From a virus: a stretch of DNA of 64,000 nucleotides. Shown here in pieces: positions 18,988 to 30,049 of the stretch. Numbering within the stretch: position 1 is the stretch's first letter; every line of letters starts with the position of its first letter. The DNA is taken from IMG/VR virus record IMGVR_UViG_3300042398_000969, positions 105,423 through 169,422 of that record; one strand, 5' to 3'. Both the position numbers and the translations under genes were made by a program. The notes beneath the pieces are model-generated. The model worked only from the letters and a program-made list of their open reading frames with translations. It was not told the origin of the DNA and did no database searches.

Positions 18988-20712
18988 TTAAACTACTTGA
19001 CCTGTACAAGGATTTATTGTTAAGAAATTATTGTTTGGACAACCACTATAAATTGTTTCATTATTAAGTTTTAACGTAACCCAGGTTACGTTAGTGTGAC
19101 ATTGTCCATTTCCAAAACCAAGATTTACATTTATTGGTGTTGCACAAACTAATGCAAAACTTATATTACCACCAGTTGATGATGCTGCAATATCTTGTGC
19201 TTGTTGCGTTGTTAGTGTTAATGAGTTATATCTAGCATTACCACTAGTAACCCCAGGAGGATAATTAAATTGATCATTTGACCCACCAGTGTTACTTAAA
19301 TAAACTGTACCTATATTAATATTATTACCTCTTAAATAAAAAGTTGCAGCATTACATGTGTGTCCACCAGGACAAGGTCCTAATGTTGGGCTATATTGAA
19401 CAATAAATTCCATATTAGCCAAACAGTTTACTACTTCAGTTAATTCAGGTGTAATTGTTGTATCTAAAGCGCAATCAATAGTTGCTGTAGGTGTTGGACT
19501 TGGAGTTGGTGTTGGACTCGTTGTTGGAGTCGGTGACGGTGATGGGCTAGGACTAGGCGTTGGCGTTGGTGTAGCCGTTATAATATTAGTATCAACACCA
19601 AAATCACAATTCTCGGTAGGAGATGGTGTTGGTGTTGGTGTCGCTGTTGCTGTTGGGCTCGGCGTTGGGCTAGGAGTTGGTGTTGGGCTTGTTGTTGGAG
19701 TTGGCGTTGCTGTTATTATATTAGTATCAATACCAAAGTCACAATTAGGTGTTGGGCTAGGTGTTGGAGTTGGTGTACTAGTTGGTGTTGAGCTTGGTGT
19801 TGGTGTTGGACTAGGACTTGGGCTAGGTGTTGGGGTTGGTGTGGCAGTAATAATATTTGTATCAATACCGAAATCGCAATTAGGTGTTGGACTCGGTGTT
19901 GGAGTTGGTGTACTAGTTGGTGTTGAGCTTGGTGTTGGACTCGGTGTTGGTGTAGGTGTAGCTGTAATAATATTTACACCAACGTTAATATCACAATTAG
20001 GGGTTGGACTTGGGCTCGGAGTTGGACTAGGACTAGGTGTTGGGCTCGTTGTTGGTGTTGGTGTTGCTGTAATAACATTAACTCCCATTCCAAAGTCACA
20101 ATTAGGTGTAGGGCTTGGAGTTGGTGTAGGACTAGTTGTTGGTGTTGGCGTTGCTGTTATAATAATAACACCAACGTTAATATCACAATTAGGGGTTGGG
20201 CTTGGAGTCGGTGTTGGTGTAGCTGTAATAATATTTACACCCACACCAAATGTACAATCATTGGTCGGTGTAGGAGTTGGTGTTGGTGTGGCAGTAATAA
20301 CATTTGATGTTACTTGAAAAGTACAATCAGATGTTGGCGTTGGTGTTGGGGTTGGCGTTGCTGTAACAACATTAGTATTAACACCAAAATTACAATTTGC
20401 TGTTGGACTTGGTGTTGGTGTAGGTGTGGCAGTTGGACTTGTTGTTGGTGTTGGGGTTGGTGTTGCGGTTGGTAATGGACAGCTACCCAAATTAAGATTT
20501 ATTGATGTAACACTACTTGTCCCATTAATTGTCCATCCAGTATTTGGTGAATCACTTGTTGTTGTATTTCTAGGTTCTCCACCATATGGCCATGGATTTA
20601 TTGTCCAATAGTCACTACCATTCCATCTAACATTACATGTAATGCCACTAAGACTACCTTGCCAAGAAGGTTTTCCGTTATAGTGCCCGTTATATGTAAA
20701 GGTTGTTAACAT
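18988..20712 (-). CDS. Repeat scaffold-like virion protein (9-10 Cys-strand modules separated by Pro/Thr/Ser linkers)
   Basis: Tandem xxC[DNT][FI]xhxxxhhTAT modules alternating with (PT/PS)n; Cys-rich C-terminal domain. Confidence 0.75.
   Translation of the reverse strand: MLTTFTYNGHYNGKPSWQGSLSGITCNVRWNGSDYWTINPWPYGGEPRNTTTSDSPNTGWTINGTSSVTSINLNLGSCPLPTATPTPTPTTSPTATPTPTPSPTANCNFGVNTNVVTATPTPTPTPTSDCTFQVTSNVITATPTPTPTPTNDCTFGVGVNIITATPTPTPSPTPNCDINVGVIIITATPTPTTSPTPTPSPTPNCDFGMGVNVITATPTPTTSPTPSPSPTPSPSPTPNCDINVGVNIITATPTPTPSPTPSSTPTSTPTPTPSPTPNCDFGIDTNIITATPTPTPSPSPSPTPTPSSTPTSTPTPTPSPTPNCDFGIDTNIITATPTPTTSPTPTPSPTPSPTATATPTPTPSPTENCDFGVDTNIITATPTPTPSPSPSPSPTPTTSPTPTPSPTPTATIDCALDTTITPELTEVVNCLANMEFIVQYSPTLGPCPGGHTCNAATFYLRGNNINIGTVYLSNTGGSNDQFNYPPGVTSGNARYNSLTLTTQQAQDIAASSTGGNISFALVCATPINVNLGFGNGQCHTNVTWVTLKLNNETIYSGCPNNNFLTINPCTGQVV
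19480..20470 (-). repeat. Coding tandem repeat (Pro/Thr linker + Cys-strand module)
   Basis: GTTGGT/GTTGGA hexamer-rich DNA on the + strand with recurring CAATTAGG module junctions. Confidence 0.9.
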
Positions 20713-20733
20713 TTTTTTATTTTATTTTTAAGT

Positions 20734-23700
20734 TTAAGGACACGCACCAAGATAACATGCAACACTTAGAGTTATTGTATCACCACTATTAATTACCACT
20801 CCAGTTATTTGTGGGAATGGATTAGATGTGAAATATGATGTATATGATGGACTTGTTGATCCATTTTTATATATGAAAATCACACCACAATTTCCGTTAC
20901 CTGGTAAATTGGTTGTAACATTACATTGGATTGTATTTGTTGATCCATAATTAATACCACCAGGATTTGTTTTACCACCAGCTAGTGTTGATGTTAATGG
21001 GAATGTAGATGGCCCATTTAATGTGTTCATAAATGTACCATTAATACCAACATCATTTAACGTCCCATTACCACAATCATTGTTTCTAACCGTCCAAATT
21101 GATGTTGGTGGATTAGTTGCTGTTGGTGTTGGTGTTGGTGTTGAAAACGAAATATCAACACAGAAATCATCAGCTGCTGTTGGTGTAGGTGTTGCTGTTG
21201 GCGTTTGAGTAGGTGTTGCTGTTGGTGGCACCGGAGTCGCTGTTGGACTTGGGGTTGGTGTTGGAGTCCTAGTAGGTGTTGGTGTAGGAGTTCTAGTTGG
21301 TGTAGGTGTAGGTGTTTGTGTAGGAGTTGGTGGCGGTGTTACTATTGGATATGACCCCACACAAGTATATGCCGCAGCACCGGTACAAACATTTGAATAA
21401 TTTCTTAGTAAAGATCCTATTGATGGTACTGTTGTACAAGCAATATTATCAGTGTAATATTGTTGCATTGATGAACCAATAACCTCAAAACCAACATATT
21501 CATGTTCTACTAAAGCTAAATAATTAGAATTACCATTAAAGGTTATTAAATTTGTTGGTTTAGTTCCTGCTACATTTATGTTATAATACATATTAATGTT
21601 ACAGTAATTTAAATCAACGGCGGTTACTTCAATTAGTTCTCCTTTCTCTGTTATAATATAATCACCAGTGTCATAATAATCAGATGGATAATCACAACAT
21701 GGCTCTATTGGTGTTTCTGGTTTTATTTGTAAAAATTCTGGTGATCTTGTATCAAAAACATAACCACTTCTTTTTGTGACCTTGCCCGTATTTTCGTTAA
21801 CATCTTTATTTGTATAGATTCTAAATTTAGTTGTTGGTAAAACATCAAAAACAACTGTTGTACCACTATTTGTAACACCACTAATTACACTAGTTTTAAC
21901 GGAACCTAGTGAATCCATATCATGTATTGTGTATGTTGTATATGTGTATGAAAAAGAATAATTGTTTGTTGATTCAGCAAAATCAAACGCACTACTTGAT
22001 AGTGATGAGCATGAAAGATAATTTGCGGATACAACTACATTTCCATTAGAAAGATCTTTAACAGATCTCTTTACTAAAGTACCTGCAGTAATATAATTTT
22101 GTATATCAGCCGATGTTGTTGAACTATTAATTGTTGCGCCGCTTACTACTAAAACTTTGGTATCATGTTTTAAACCATAATTGTATGAATTTCTATATTG
22201 AACCCTTGGATGTATAGTAAAACCAGTATTAACAACAATTGGTTGATCCGGTACTTCTGTTGGAAATTCAACATATTGTAAATTCAAACCATCAATTCTC
22301 ACTTTTTTATCACAGTTAGCCGCATCAGTAAATAATAAATCTATAACCTCATCTTCATACACGTTTGATATTTTAAATTGACATGTATTCCCGCTAACTT
22401 GTGCAAAGGTTGTATCGGTGTATACTGGGTTATATCCAGAAAATGCATTTATAACCGGTATTGAGTTTCTTTGTACATAAATTCCCCAACCATATGTTTC
22501 ACCAGATTGGACAGTAGCACCAGTAATATTAACAATAATATCAGATTTTAATTTACATGCGGTAGATCCAGTATAAACTGGGTGTAAAACACCATCTGGA
22601 CAAACTGTTGTGAATTCTAAATCTAAACTACATTTTGGTAATGAATAGTTATAATCAGCATCAAAATAAAAATCTAAATATCTTTTTTCTGAACAGTCTG
22701 AATTGCTATGTGCAATAAATTTAACCTTTTCAATACCATCATTATCAGTAAAAAATTCATAAGATATTAATTGTGTATAACCAGAACAGTTAACGCCACA
22801 ACCGTATGTTACACCACTATATGGTGATACACTTGGTAAGTGACCAGCAACCGGATCGTTATATGTTGAATTAATTTTATTAACTAAGTTAATAACAGCT
22901 GTTCTCCAAAGCGTTTTTGTTGTTGAAGTATTTAATTTAATCCAATTTTTATAATCACAAATTAAAGGTATGCTTGTCGATGAACTACTTAAAACACTGC
23001 AACTATTTGTTGCGGTATAACCAGTATCAAATAATGTACTCCCAGTTATTTTAACTTGTGATGTTGTTCCACTATATTCAACACCGTCAACATCCATCTT
23101 TAATGTGAATGTTACACCAGTAAGATACATTAAACCCCTAAGATGATCTGGTTCACCAACAATGGTTTCCACATCTTCTTCAATAAAGGTTTCAAAGTCT
23201 GGATAAAGATTTTCAACTATCTCAATTGGTTTACATGGTTTTCTGTATGCATATTTAGGTCTTGCAAATATATTATTTTCAATTAAGTTACCACCCATCC
23301 ATAATGTTGTTGATGGAATAACTTGTTCTAACACATTTGACCAATATGGGCTCATTTGATTTACGAAATCAGTTGAGTCAATCATATCATATGGTGTATA
23401 TCCTGAAGATATTAATTGATTAATATAATCTTGATAAACATCTTCTAGATGAATATAATTTTTTTTGTATTTTACTACATTTGAATTTATAACTTGTTTA
23501 GAAAACGTCATCTCAAGGTACTCAGCAAAACTGGTTTGATCTTGAACCTCTAAACTATTTTTTCCGAAAACAACTTCTAGCTCTCTAGATTTTCTCCAAA
23601 TATCATAGTTACTTGCATTAGCTGGGCTAACAAAGACGCTAATATTTTTTCTATTTAATATTAAACCGGTACCAGTTAGATCATCAACAACTTGACTTTT

Positions 23701-25587
23701 GACATTATCAATTTTACTTTCTAATGTATAGCCATAATCTAATCCTGGGAATGTTCTGTATATGTCAAAAAACTCTTCACCATATGAATATGGTTTTGAT
23801 TTTGTTAATATTGTTTTTGTTCTACCTGTTAAAATAAACTCACCATCAACAAATGTACCACTAGAATTATCTGTATCAATCATATCTGAAGATCTATGAT
23901 CTAAAGTAACATCGTGCCAACCAGATCCCATTTGGAAAAATATATTATCCTGATTTGTTGTTGGTGTTTTAGGTAAATAAGTGTCAGTATCAATTGGGTA
24001 GTCAGTAGTATTACTGAACGTTGTTAATCCTGTTACAGCAGATAAACTATATGTGTAAGTTGATGGATTAAATGTTACTTTATTATTGAATGAAACATTA
24101 TTAATGACCTTAAATAAATCATCCTCAACTGATGTTTTTGGAATGGCGGTTTTTACACTATAAACATATTCGTTTATTTTAACCATTGGATCTGGAGCAC
24201 CAATAAATTTTAAGTAAAATTCAATACAGCTTCTAGTTCCTTTTGATTTATATATAAATGCTAGGTTAACTAATAATCTTCTATAAAATTCCAACTCAGC
24301 ATCAACTAAATTTTTACCAATGGATGAACCATTATAAACCGATTTAGATGCTTTATATAATTCTTCTTCTAATGATTTTTGATCAAATAATTTAATGGTA
24401 TTTAAACCTAAAGTATTTGCTAAGTTTTTAAGAAAAACATCAGGTATATTATTAATAGCATCATAAGAAACATTTCTCATGTGTGCTATGTTATCAATAT
24501 ATGATTTTACCTTATCAAAACTTTGACCATATAGTTGAAATATTTTATCAATTTTTTGATCTTCAGTATCAAACTCAAATAATTGTGGTGCAACTAAAAA
24601 CCTTGTAACTAAGTTTGATTTATAATTGTCAATTTCTGTTGCTAAATCATTTAATTTAGTTAAATAGTCATCAAAATTTAAACCTGTTGTTTGTGGATTC
24701 CAACCATCTTTAGAAACAGGCCATTCAGCTGTTACATAAATTAAATCTGTTCTTGTTTCATCTAAGCTTGTTCTTGGAACCTTAAATGATGATTGAAATA
24801 TTGGATATGTATCTCTGTTTAATAGGGTTTGTTCCAATTCATCTAAACCTAGATAAAATTCTTCAACAACAGAGTCGTTTGGTCTAATAATATAACTTGT
24901 AGAATATGTTACCCCAGTAAACGGTTTGCCATAAACTTCTAATGAAATTGTACTATCTGTGTTTGGTTGAGTATATTTTGAAATATTGTACGTTTTGTTA
25001 TCAATAACGATTGAATATTTGCTATATGATGAATATAAATTTCTAATTTTATTTTCAACTGGTAATAAATTATTTCCAGTCAATTCAGATAAAACTATAT
25101 CAAATGGATTAAAGAACTTACTTGCTTTGGTTGTAAATGTTGTTTTATCACTTGTAGCACTGTAAACAATATTCTCGGCTGTATAATTTGTTGTTGAGGA
25201 TAAACCTTCAGAATCAACATAAATGGCAGCAGGGTAGTTTTTAACAATTCTACCAATAGAAACTCTAATACGTTCTCTAAGAGATCCAAATAAAGATTTA
25301 GAACCCTCTGTTTTATCAGAGTTAAATCTTATTGGTCTTTTTTCACCAGTAGATTGCTTAACTGTTGTTGGAACATCATTTTCTATTTTAAGATCTTCTA
25401 ATGTTAGAAAATCAGAAAATGGTGCTGTTTTGAAGCTTTTTGCGTCTTGCTCAGGTATAACTCTATCAAGAGCAAAATTGGTATTAGTTAATTGACTAGT
25501 ACCGTCAGTAATTTGTCTTCCAACAATACTGTCGCTAAAAGTTTCATATCCACTAGCAGCCTGACTTGGTACTTTTCTTGTTGCCAT
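20734..25587 (-). CDS. Large baseplate wedge/tail protein (P2 gpI/T4 gp7-like core) with a C-terminal PT-linked domain
   Basis: NIPDVFLKNLANTLG and IYKSKGTRSCIEF resemble the tail-I KGT motif; located in the structural block. Confidence 0.6.
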   Translation of the reverse strand: MATRKVPSQAASGYETFSDSIVGRQITDGTSQLTNTNFALDRVIPEQDAKSFKTAPFSDFLTLEDLKIENDVPTTVKQSTGEKRPIRFNSDKTEGSKSLFGSLRERIRVSIGRIVKNYPAAIYVDSEGLSSTTNYTAENIVYSATSDKTTFTTKASKFFNPFDIVLSELTGNNLLPVENKIRNLYSSYSKYSIVIDNKTYNISKYTQPNTDSTISLEVYGKPFTGVTYSTSYIIRPNDSVVEEFYLGLDELEQTLLNRDTYPIFQSSFKVPRTSLDETRTDLIYVTAEWPVSKDGWNPQTTGLNFDDYLTKLNDLATEIDNYKSNLVTRFLVAPQLFEFDTEDQKIDKIFQLYGQSFDKVKSYIDNIAHMRNVSYDAINNIPDVFLKNLANTLGLNTIKLFDQKSLEEELYKASKSVYNGSSIGKNLVDAELEFYRRLLVNLAFIYKSKGTRSCIEFYLKFIGAPDPMVKINEYVYSVKTAIPKTSVEDDLFKVINNVSFNNKVTFNPSTYTYSLSAVTGLTTFSNTTDYPIDTDTYLPKTPTTNQDNIFFQMGSGWHDVTLDHRSSDMIDTDNSSGTFVDGEFILTGRTKTILTKSKPYSYGEEFFDIYRTFPGLDYGYTLESKIDNVKSQVVDDLTGTGLILNRKNISVFVSPANASNYDIWRKSRELEVVFGKNSLEVQDQTSFAEYLEMTFSKQVINSNVVKYKKNYIHLEDVYQDYINQLISSGYTPYDMIDSTDFVNQMSPYWSNVLEQVIPSTTLWMGGNLIENNIFARPKYAYRKPCKPIEIVENLYPDFETFIEEDVETIVGEPDHLRGLMYLTGVTFTLKMDVDGVEYSGTTSQVKITGSTLFDTGYTATNSCSVLSSSSTSIPLICDYKNWIKLNTSTTKTLWRTAVINLVNKINSTYNDPVAGHLPSVSPYSGVTYGCGVNCSGYTQLISYEFFTDNDGIEKVKFIAHSNSDCSEKRYLDFYFDADYNYSLPKCSLDLEFTTVCPDGVLHPVYTGSTACKLKSDIIVNITGATVQSGETYGWGIYVQRNSIPVINAFSGYNPVYTDTTFAQVSGNTCQFKISNVYEDEVIDLLFTDAANCDKKVRIDGLNLQYVEFPTEVPDQPIVVNTGFTIHPRVQYRNSYNYGLKHDTKVLVVSGATINSSTTSADIQNYITAGTLVKRSVKDLSNGNVVVSANYLSCSSLSSSAFDFAESTNNYSFSYTYTTYTIHDMDSLGSVKTSVISGVTNSGTTVVFDVLPTTKFRIYTNKDVNENTGKVTKRSGYVFDTRSPEFLQIKPETPIEPCCDYPSDYYDTGDYIITEKGELIEVTAVDLNYCNINMYYNINVAGTKPTNLITFNGNSNYLALVEHEYVGFEVIGSSMQQYYTDNIACTTVPSIGSLLRNYSNVCTGAAAYTCVGSYPIVTPPPTPTQTPTPTPTRTPTPTPTRTPTPTPSPTATPVPPTATPTQTPTATPTPTAADDFCVDISFSTPTPTPTATNPPTSIWTVRNNDCGNGTLNDVGINGTFMNTLNGPSTFPLTSTLAGGKTNPGGINYGSTNTIQCNVTTNLPGNGNCGVIFIYKNGSTSPSYTSYFTSNPFPQITGVVINSGDTITLSVACYLGACP

Positions 25588-26501
25588 TATTCGGTAATAT
25601 CGTCAAAGTTTAATGTTTGGTCTATATCAGTTTTTTCCTCACGAATCTCATATAATGTTTCGTTAAGATCATCTTTAACCTCATAAAGATTGAACTGTTT
25701 ATAAATCGCGTTATTGTTGTTCTTGTCATAAATTGTGTAAATACCAGAATTTAACGCCTTACTTTGATTACCATAAAGTGCATGTGCAAGTGTTGATGCA
25801 TCATGTTCAACCATTTCAACCTCAACTGTAGTTGGGTTAAAGTAACTATTGGTTAAAATAATGTTTTGAGATGGTTGGCCAATAAATGGTACTACATTGG
25901 GTCTATTGCTAGGTGCAGAAGACGGTGTAACTGTTAAGAATACCAAATTGGTTGGTGCATCTGAATATCTATATCGAATTGCTTTTTGTGTTGTATTTGT
26001 TAAGTTTGTTGTTACTGGTTCACAATAAAAAGAAGATGTTACTATTCTGTAAAAATTAGGTACTTTTTTATTGTTTAAGGAATCAATATATTCAACCCTA
26101 TAACCCACCAAACCTTGTGGAACAAATTTATTTGTATCTTCTGTTGAAACATTTCCCAAATCAATAACTAATCCTCTAACTGAAGGTAATGAAGCTAAAA
26201 CACCACAATCTGTGATTTCAGTTCTAACCTGTTTTGGTCTAAGATGTAATGTGTAGATACCTAAATCACTAAAAACATCACTATTTAGTCTAAGATTGTA
26301 TAATCCACCTAAAATTTCAGTACCTGAAGTACCGCCAGTTTCTGAGTTATGAAAAACAGGTGTCAAAATATCAGCAGAATCCAACTTTGTTAGTGTTGGT
26401 TCTGTTGTTGACGCTCTATTAGCCACATAGTGAAGTAGAATTTCTACATCTTCTGGGGACACATCTGCTGGTCTTATTGTTCCGTAACTTCCTACTGCCA
26501 T
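25587..26501 (-). CDS. Putative virion structural protein
   Basis: 304 aa ORF in the structural operon, preceded by TATTTATA. Confidence 0.6.
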   Translation of the reverse strand: MAVGSYGTIRPADVSPEDVEILLHYVANRASTTEPTLTKLDSADILTPVFHNSETGGTSGTEILGGLYNLRLNSDVFSDLGIYTLHLRPKQVRTEITDCGVLASLPSVRGLVIDLGNVSTEDTNKFVPQGLVGYRVEYIDSLNNKKVPNFYRIVTSSFYCEPVTTNLTNTTQKAIRYRYSDAPTNLVFLTVTPSSAPSNRPNVVPFIGQPSQNIILTNSYFNPTTVEVEMVEHDASTLAHALYGNQSKALNSGIYTIYDKNNNNAIYKQFNLYEVKDDLNETLYEIREEKTDIDQTLNFDDITE

Positions 26502-26525
26502 GTTCTTTTAATTATAAATATAATT

Positions 26526-27467
26526 TTATTGTTTTTTCACCAAGAAAAATCCATTTCCGTAGATATCTAATTCACCTATATTATCAATTTCACCTAATCT
26601 TAGGTTAAATTCTGCTACACCCAATTTTCCTCTTTCAACAAAAATATCAGAATACACCAACGGTTCAGAAACAAAACCAAGATAATGTTCATTTCTGGTT
26701 AATTTTTTAGTGAATTGACTTTCAGATGCAAAAGTTGCTGTGTTGCCAGTAATATAGGTAGTTCCATCTGATAAATCAAGGTAAGTTAGTCCATCAATTT
26801 CGTATTTATCACAATTGTATGATGTTCCCTCAATTGTGATTGTTGTTCCAGTAACACCACTATATGTGCTACCACCATATAATTTTTTTTCAATTTTTCT
26901 ACTTTTACCTAAAGCTAAAAATGTTGTTGTTCCAGTAAAAGAATTTCCAGAATAATCATAATTGTTATTATAATTCTGAGTTCTACCAGATTGTAGATAG
27001 GTTTCACCACTAACATTAAAATATGGTAATGTTGTACCTGTATATGTGAAAGTCGCTAAATTAGTGGGATTGTTGGTGGTTAACGGTAATTTAATTTGTT
27101 TTGTCACCGTTTCTGTTTTCCATGATGCTACCATGGTGATAGAAACATTTTTAAAACCTGGTGTTGAATATGTTTTTGTTTTTCCACTCAATATACTAAT
27201 AGCTTCTGCTGGTGATCCATCACCCCAATTAATTGTGAATGTGGCGTCAATAATTCTTTTTAATTTTATATTACTAGCTGAGTTATATACTGTAAGGGTG
27301 TTTCCAGTATTGGCGGAATAAACAAAATTGCATAATTGTTCTGCTTGTTCAATATCACCATCAAAACCAACCATAACACCCAACTCATCAGCTTTTGCTT
27401 CTAAAAATAATGGTAGGTTATATGTTAAACCGGTTTTTCTTAATATTTCGTATTTTAACTTTTTCAT
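26526..27467 (-). CDS. Putative virion protein with a PKD-like domain
   Basis: INWGDGS..KTYSTPG..VSI PKD signature. Confidence 0.6.
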   Translation of the reverse strand: MKKLKYEILRKTGLTYNLPLFLEAKADELGVMVGFDGDIEQAEQLCNFVYSANTGNTLTVYNSASNIKLKRIIDATFTINWGDGSPAEAISILSGKTKTYSTPGFKNVSITMVASWKTETVTKQIKLPLTTNNPTNLATFTYTGTTLPYFNVSGETYLQSGRTQNYNNNYDYSGNSFTGTTTFLALGKSRKIEKKLYGGSTYSGVTGTTITIEGTSYNCDKYEIDGLTYLDLSDGTTYITGNTATFASESQFTKKLTRNEHYLGFVSEPLVYSDIFVERGKLGVAEFNLRLGEIDNIGELDIYGNGFFLVKKQ

Positions 27468-27468
27468 T

Positions 27469-28296
27469 TTATAGTTTTATTGCACTTCCTCCTCCGAAAT
27501 CACAATTACCTCCAAGCCCTCTTATTATTGTATATGTATGTTCAGGTCTTTTAAATAAAACCCTGTAGTAAACATTTTCCTCTGGATTTGTATTAACGTT
27601 GGGATTCATTTCATAAAACATAACTGGATTTGACGTTGTACCAACTCTTGTTCCATCAACTAATCCAGAATTATTTACTGTTAAATCTCTATTTAAAAAT
27701 CTAAGAATTGATCCATCTTCAGCATTGAAAAATCTAGCTGTCATATAAAATGTGGTACCCGTATAAACTGTATTATCTGGAAACCAGAACAAATACATAT
27801 TTTCCGTATTTCTATAATTGTTTCCGTTGAATACTGGAATAAAAATATCATCCCTCAAATTCATATCAAAAACTTTCTGACCTAACGGAATTGATAAATT
27901 TTTTGCAAAAACTAATTTTTGTGTTTCTCTATATGGTGTTGTATAAAATTCTAACCTAAAAAAACTATTAACAGTATGTTTTAATAGTTTAACGTTTTCT
28001 TTTGGACTAATCCCTATTAAATTATAATCCAAGCCATTTGAATACGTGTTACCACTATTAAGAAAGTTAAAATAAAACCAGATATCACATTGTAGTGTTT
28101 GAACACTAGATATTGTAACATTATATGGCTCATGAATATATCTTGTTGTCTCGTAGTTTTCAATAGGGTTTATAATACTTTTTAAAATATTATCTTGCTG
28201 TTCTAAAAAATTCTCCTCCCAACCAGCATTTGTTCTAAATTCTGTTTCTGGATTGAATACCAAAGATTGATCAATATTTTTATATAATATTTTCAT
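27469..28296 (-). CDS. Putative virion protein ending in a Cys-strand module
   Basis: Structural operon; C-terminus GNCDFGGGSAIKL. Confidence 0.6.
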   Translation of the reverse strand: MKILYKNIDQSLVFNPETEFRTNAGWEENFLEQQDNILKSIINPIENYETTRYIHEPYNVTISSVQTLQCDIWFYFNFLNSGNTYSNGLDYNLIGISPKENVKLLKHTVNSFFRLEFYTTPYRETQKLVFAKNLSIPLGQKVFDMNLRDDIFIPVFNGNNYRNTENMYLFWFPDNTVYTGTTFYMTARFFNAEDGSILRFLNRDLTVNNSGLVDGTRVGTTSNPVMFYEMNPNVNTNPEENVYYRVLFKRPEHTYTIIRGLGGNCDFGGGSAIKL

Positions 28297-28297
28297 T

Positions 28298-30049
28298 TTA
28301 ACAATTTATATTACCAAACCCTTTAAATCCATTAGATTTATTATTGTATTCTCTTTCATTTAAAAAATAAAAATTTATATCCGTTTTTACATAATGCTGA
28401 CCATTAATAAATGGGTAATCTGTTCCGTTACCATTTTCGTCAATATATCCATGGTCAAAAACATCTCTCCATTTCCATAGCCCCTGATCTGGAAAATACT
28501 TAGCATTATCCGGTAGATCAAGAATATTATTTGTATTAGATGTTTCCACATAATCAGATAATTGTCTCAACTTAACCCTATAATGTGGTTGATATAATAA
28601 TCCCATTTTATTGTTTGCTGTTGCACCACTAAATTCAACAACAGTTTGATCTTGATCATGATCAAAAATTGTTAAAGGGTTAACTATCTTATGTAATGAT
28701 TCTGAAATTATTCTTTCTTTTAAATCTACATCATTGTATTCAACAAATGCGCCAGTTGATATTGTACCGACAGATAATGGTAATCCAGCAGTAAATCCTG
28801 TAATACCGGTATTACCAGTGATGCCTGTTGATGGGAATGTTGTTTCTAATGATGTTGATCCGCTGAAATGATTGTCAATCCAATCATTATGTAAGTTAAA
28901 TTTATATCCAACCTTGGGCGGGTACTCAAAATAACCAGAACCATTTCTGAAAACAACACTAATGTAAACTTCACTAGGTGTATAACCTAAATTATTTGTT
29001 AAACCAGTTAATACAAATGGTTCTCTAAAATCATATATTAATGATTCACCCCTATTTCTTTCAACCAAAACATCGTTAACCCCGGCACTATTCTCAAATA
29101 ATAATTTTTTTTCATCTTCAAATATTGAGGACTCAAAACCAGCTTTATCTAAAATATAATCTTTTTCTTTTGTTAATATTTTGTGTTTGTGTACATAATA
29201 TGATGAAGTAGTTCCACTTACATTTTTATCATCAACACATCTTTTTATCGTTATAATTCCAGGTAGTGTTGTTGACCCACTAAATTGTTGTTTATTTAAA
29301 TTGATAACATAATTTTGAGAATCATACTTATCATCACCTAAACTTGAAATAGAATATGTTTTACCACTAATAAGAACAAATTCATTATCATTAATTCCGT
29401 GCTTAACTGGAGACGTTAATTTATAGTAACCCGTTTTACTTTCTACTCTACATGGAATACCATCACCACTAACAAAAGTTTTAATATTTGTTCCCTCAAC
29501 TTTGGTTGTACCACTCAATGTATATTTCATTGGGAAGTTTGAATCACTAGAATAAACATAACTTAAATATAAATTCCAATTATGATATGGCGCATTCATG
29601 TTTGATATATTCTGATGCCTATTTCTAGGATTTGTTGGTAAAGAAAATGTTGGTGTATATGTACCATAAGTTGCACCACTAACAGACGGAACACTTATAT
29701 CTTGTCTATATGTATCTTTTCTGATAAACGCAAATTCGTCATATGGTAAATAACCGGTATTATCACCAGAAGAACCATCACCACTTAAATAAAGATATTC
29801 AGCTAAGTTTGCATAGCTAGTATTACCGCTATACATATTTCTGAAAACCATTCTTATTTTACCATATATCTTATAGTTTTTTATTTCGTTTCTTTCGTCA
29901 CTAAATTGTTGTTCTAAATCTAATATAATAGATCTATCACCTTCTCTTAAAAGTTCCTCATTAGTTTCTAGTGCAACCCTTGTTGTTAAATCAACAGAAG
30001 GTGCTTTGTAATATTCTAGCCCTGGTAATATGATTGTTTTCTTTTCCAT
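28298..30049 (-). CDS. Putative virion/baseplate protein
   Basis: 583 aa, translationally coupled, rich in [ST]GxT. Confidence 0.6.
   Translation of the reverse strand: MEKKTIILPGLEYYKAPSVDLTTRVALETNEELLREGDRSIILDLEQQFSDERNEIKNYKIYGKIRMVFRNMYSGNTSYANLAEYLYLSGDGSSGDNTGYLPYDEFAFIRKDTYRQDISVPSVSGATYGTYTPTFSLPTNPRNRHQNISNMNAPYHNWNLYLSYVYSSDSNFPMKYTLSGTTKVEGTNIKTFVSGDGIPCRVESKTGYYKLTSPVKHGINDNEFVLISGKTYSISSLGDDKYDSQNYVINLNKQQFSGSTTLPGIITIKRCVDDKNVSGTTSSYYVHKHKILTKEKDYILDKAGFESSIFEDEKKLLFENSAGVNDVLVERNRGESLIYDFREPFVLTGLTNNLGYTPSEVYISVVFRNGSGYFEYPPKVGYKFNLHNDWIDNHFSGSTSLETTFPSTGITGNTGITGFTAGLPLSVGTISTGAFVEYNDVDLKERIISESLHKIVNPLTIFDHDQDQTVVEFSGATANNKMGLLYQPHYRVKLRQLSDYVETSNTNNILDLPDNAKYFPDQGLWKWRDVFDHGYIDENGNGTDYPFINGQHYVKTDINFYFLNEREYNNKSNGFKGFGNINC

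Noticed and set aside
11146-21208. Plus-strand ORFs rich in GV/GL repeats (11146, 18258, 19841, 20426, 21023)
   Set aside because: Antisense shadows of Pro/Thr codon repeats in real minus-strand genes
10461-25587. Diversity-generating retroelement acting on the adhesins
   Set aside because: No reverse transcriptase and no template/variable repeat pair differing only at adenines seen in this window
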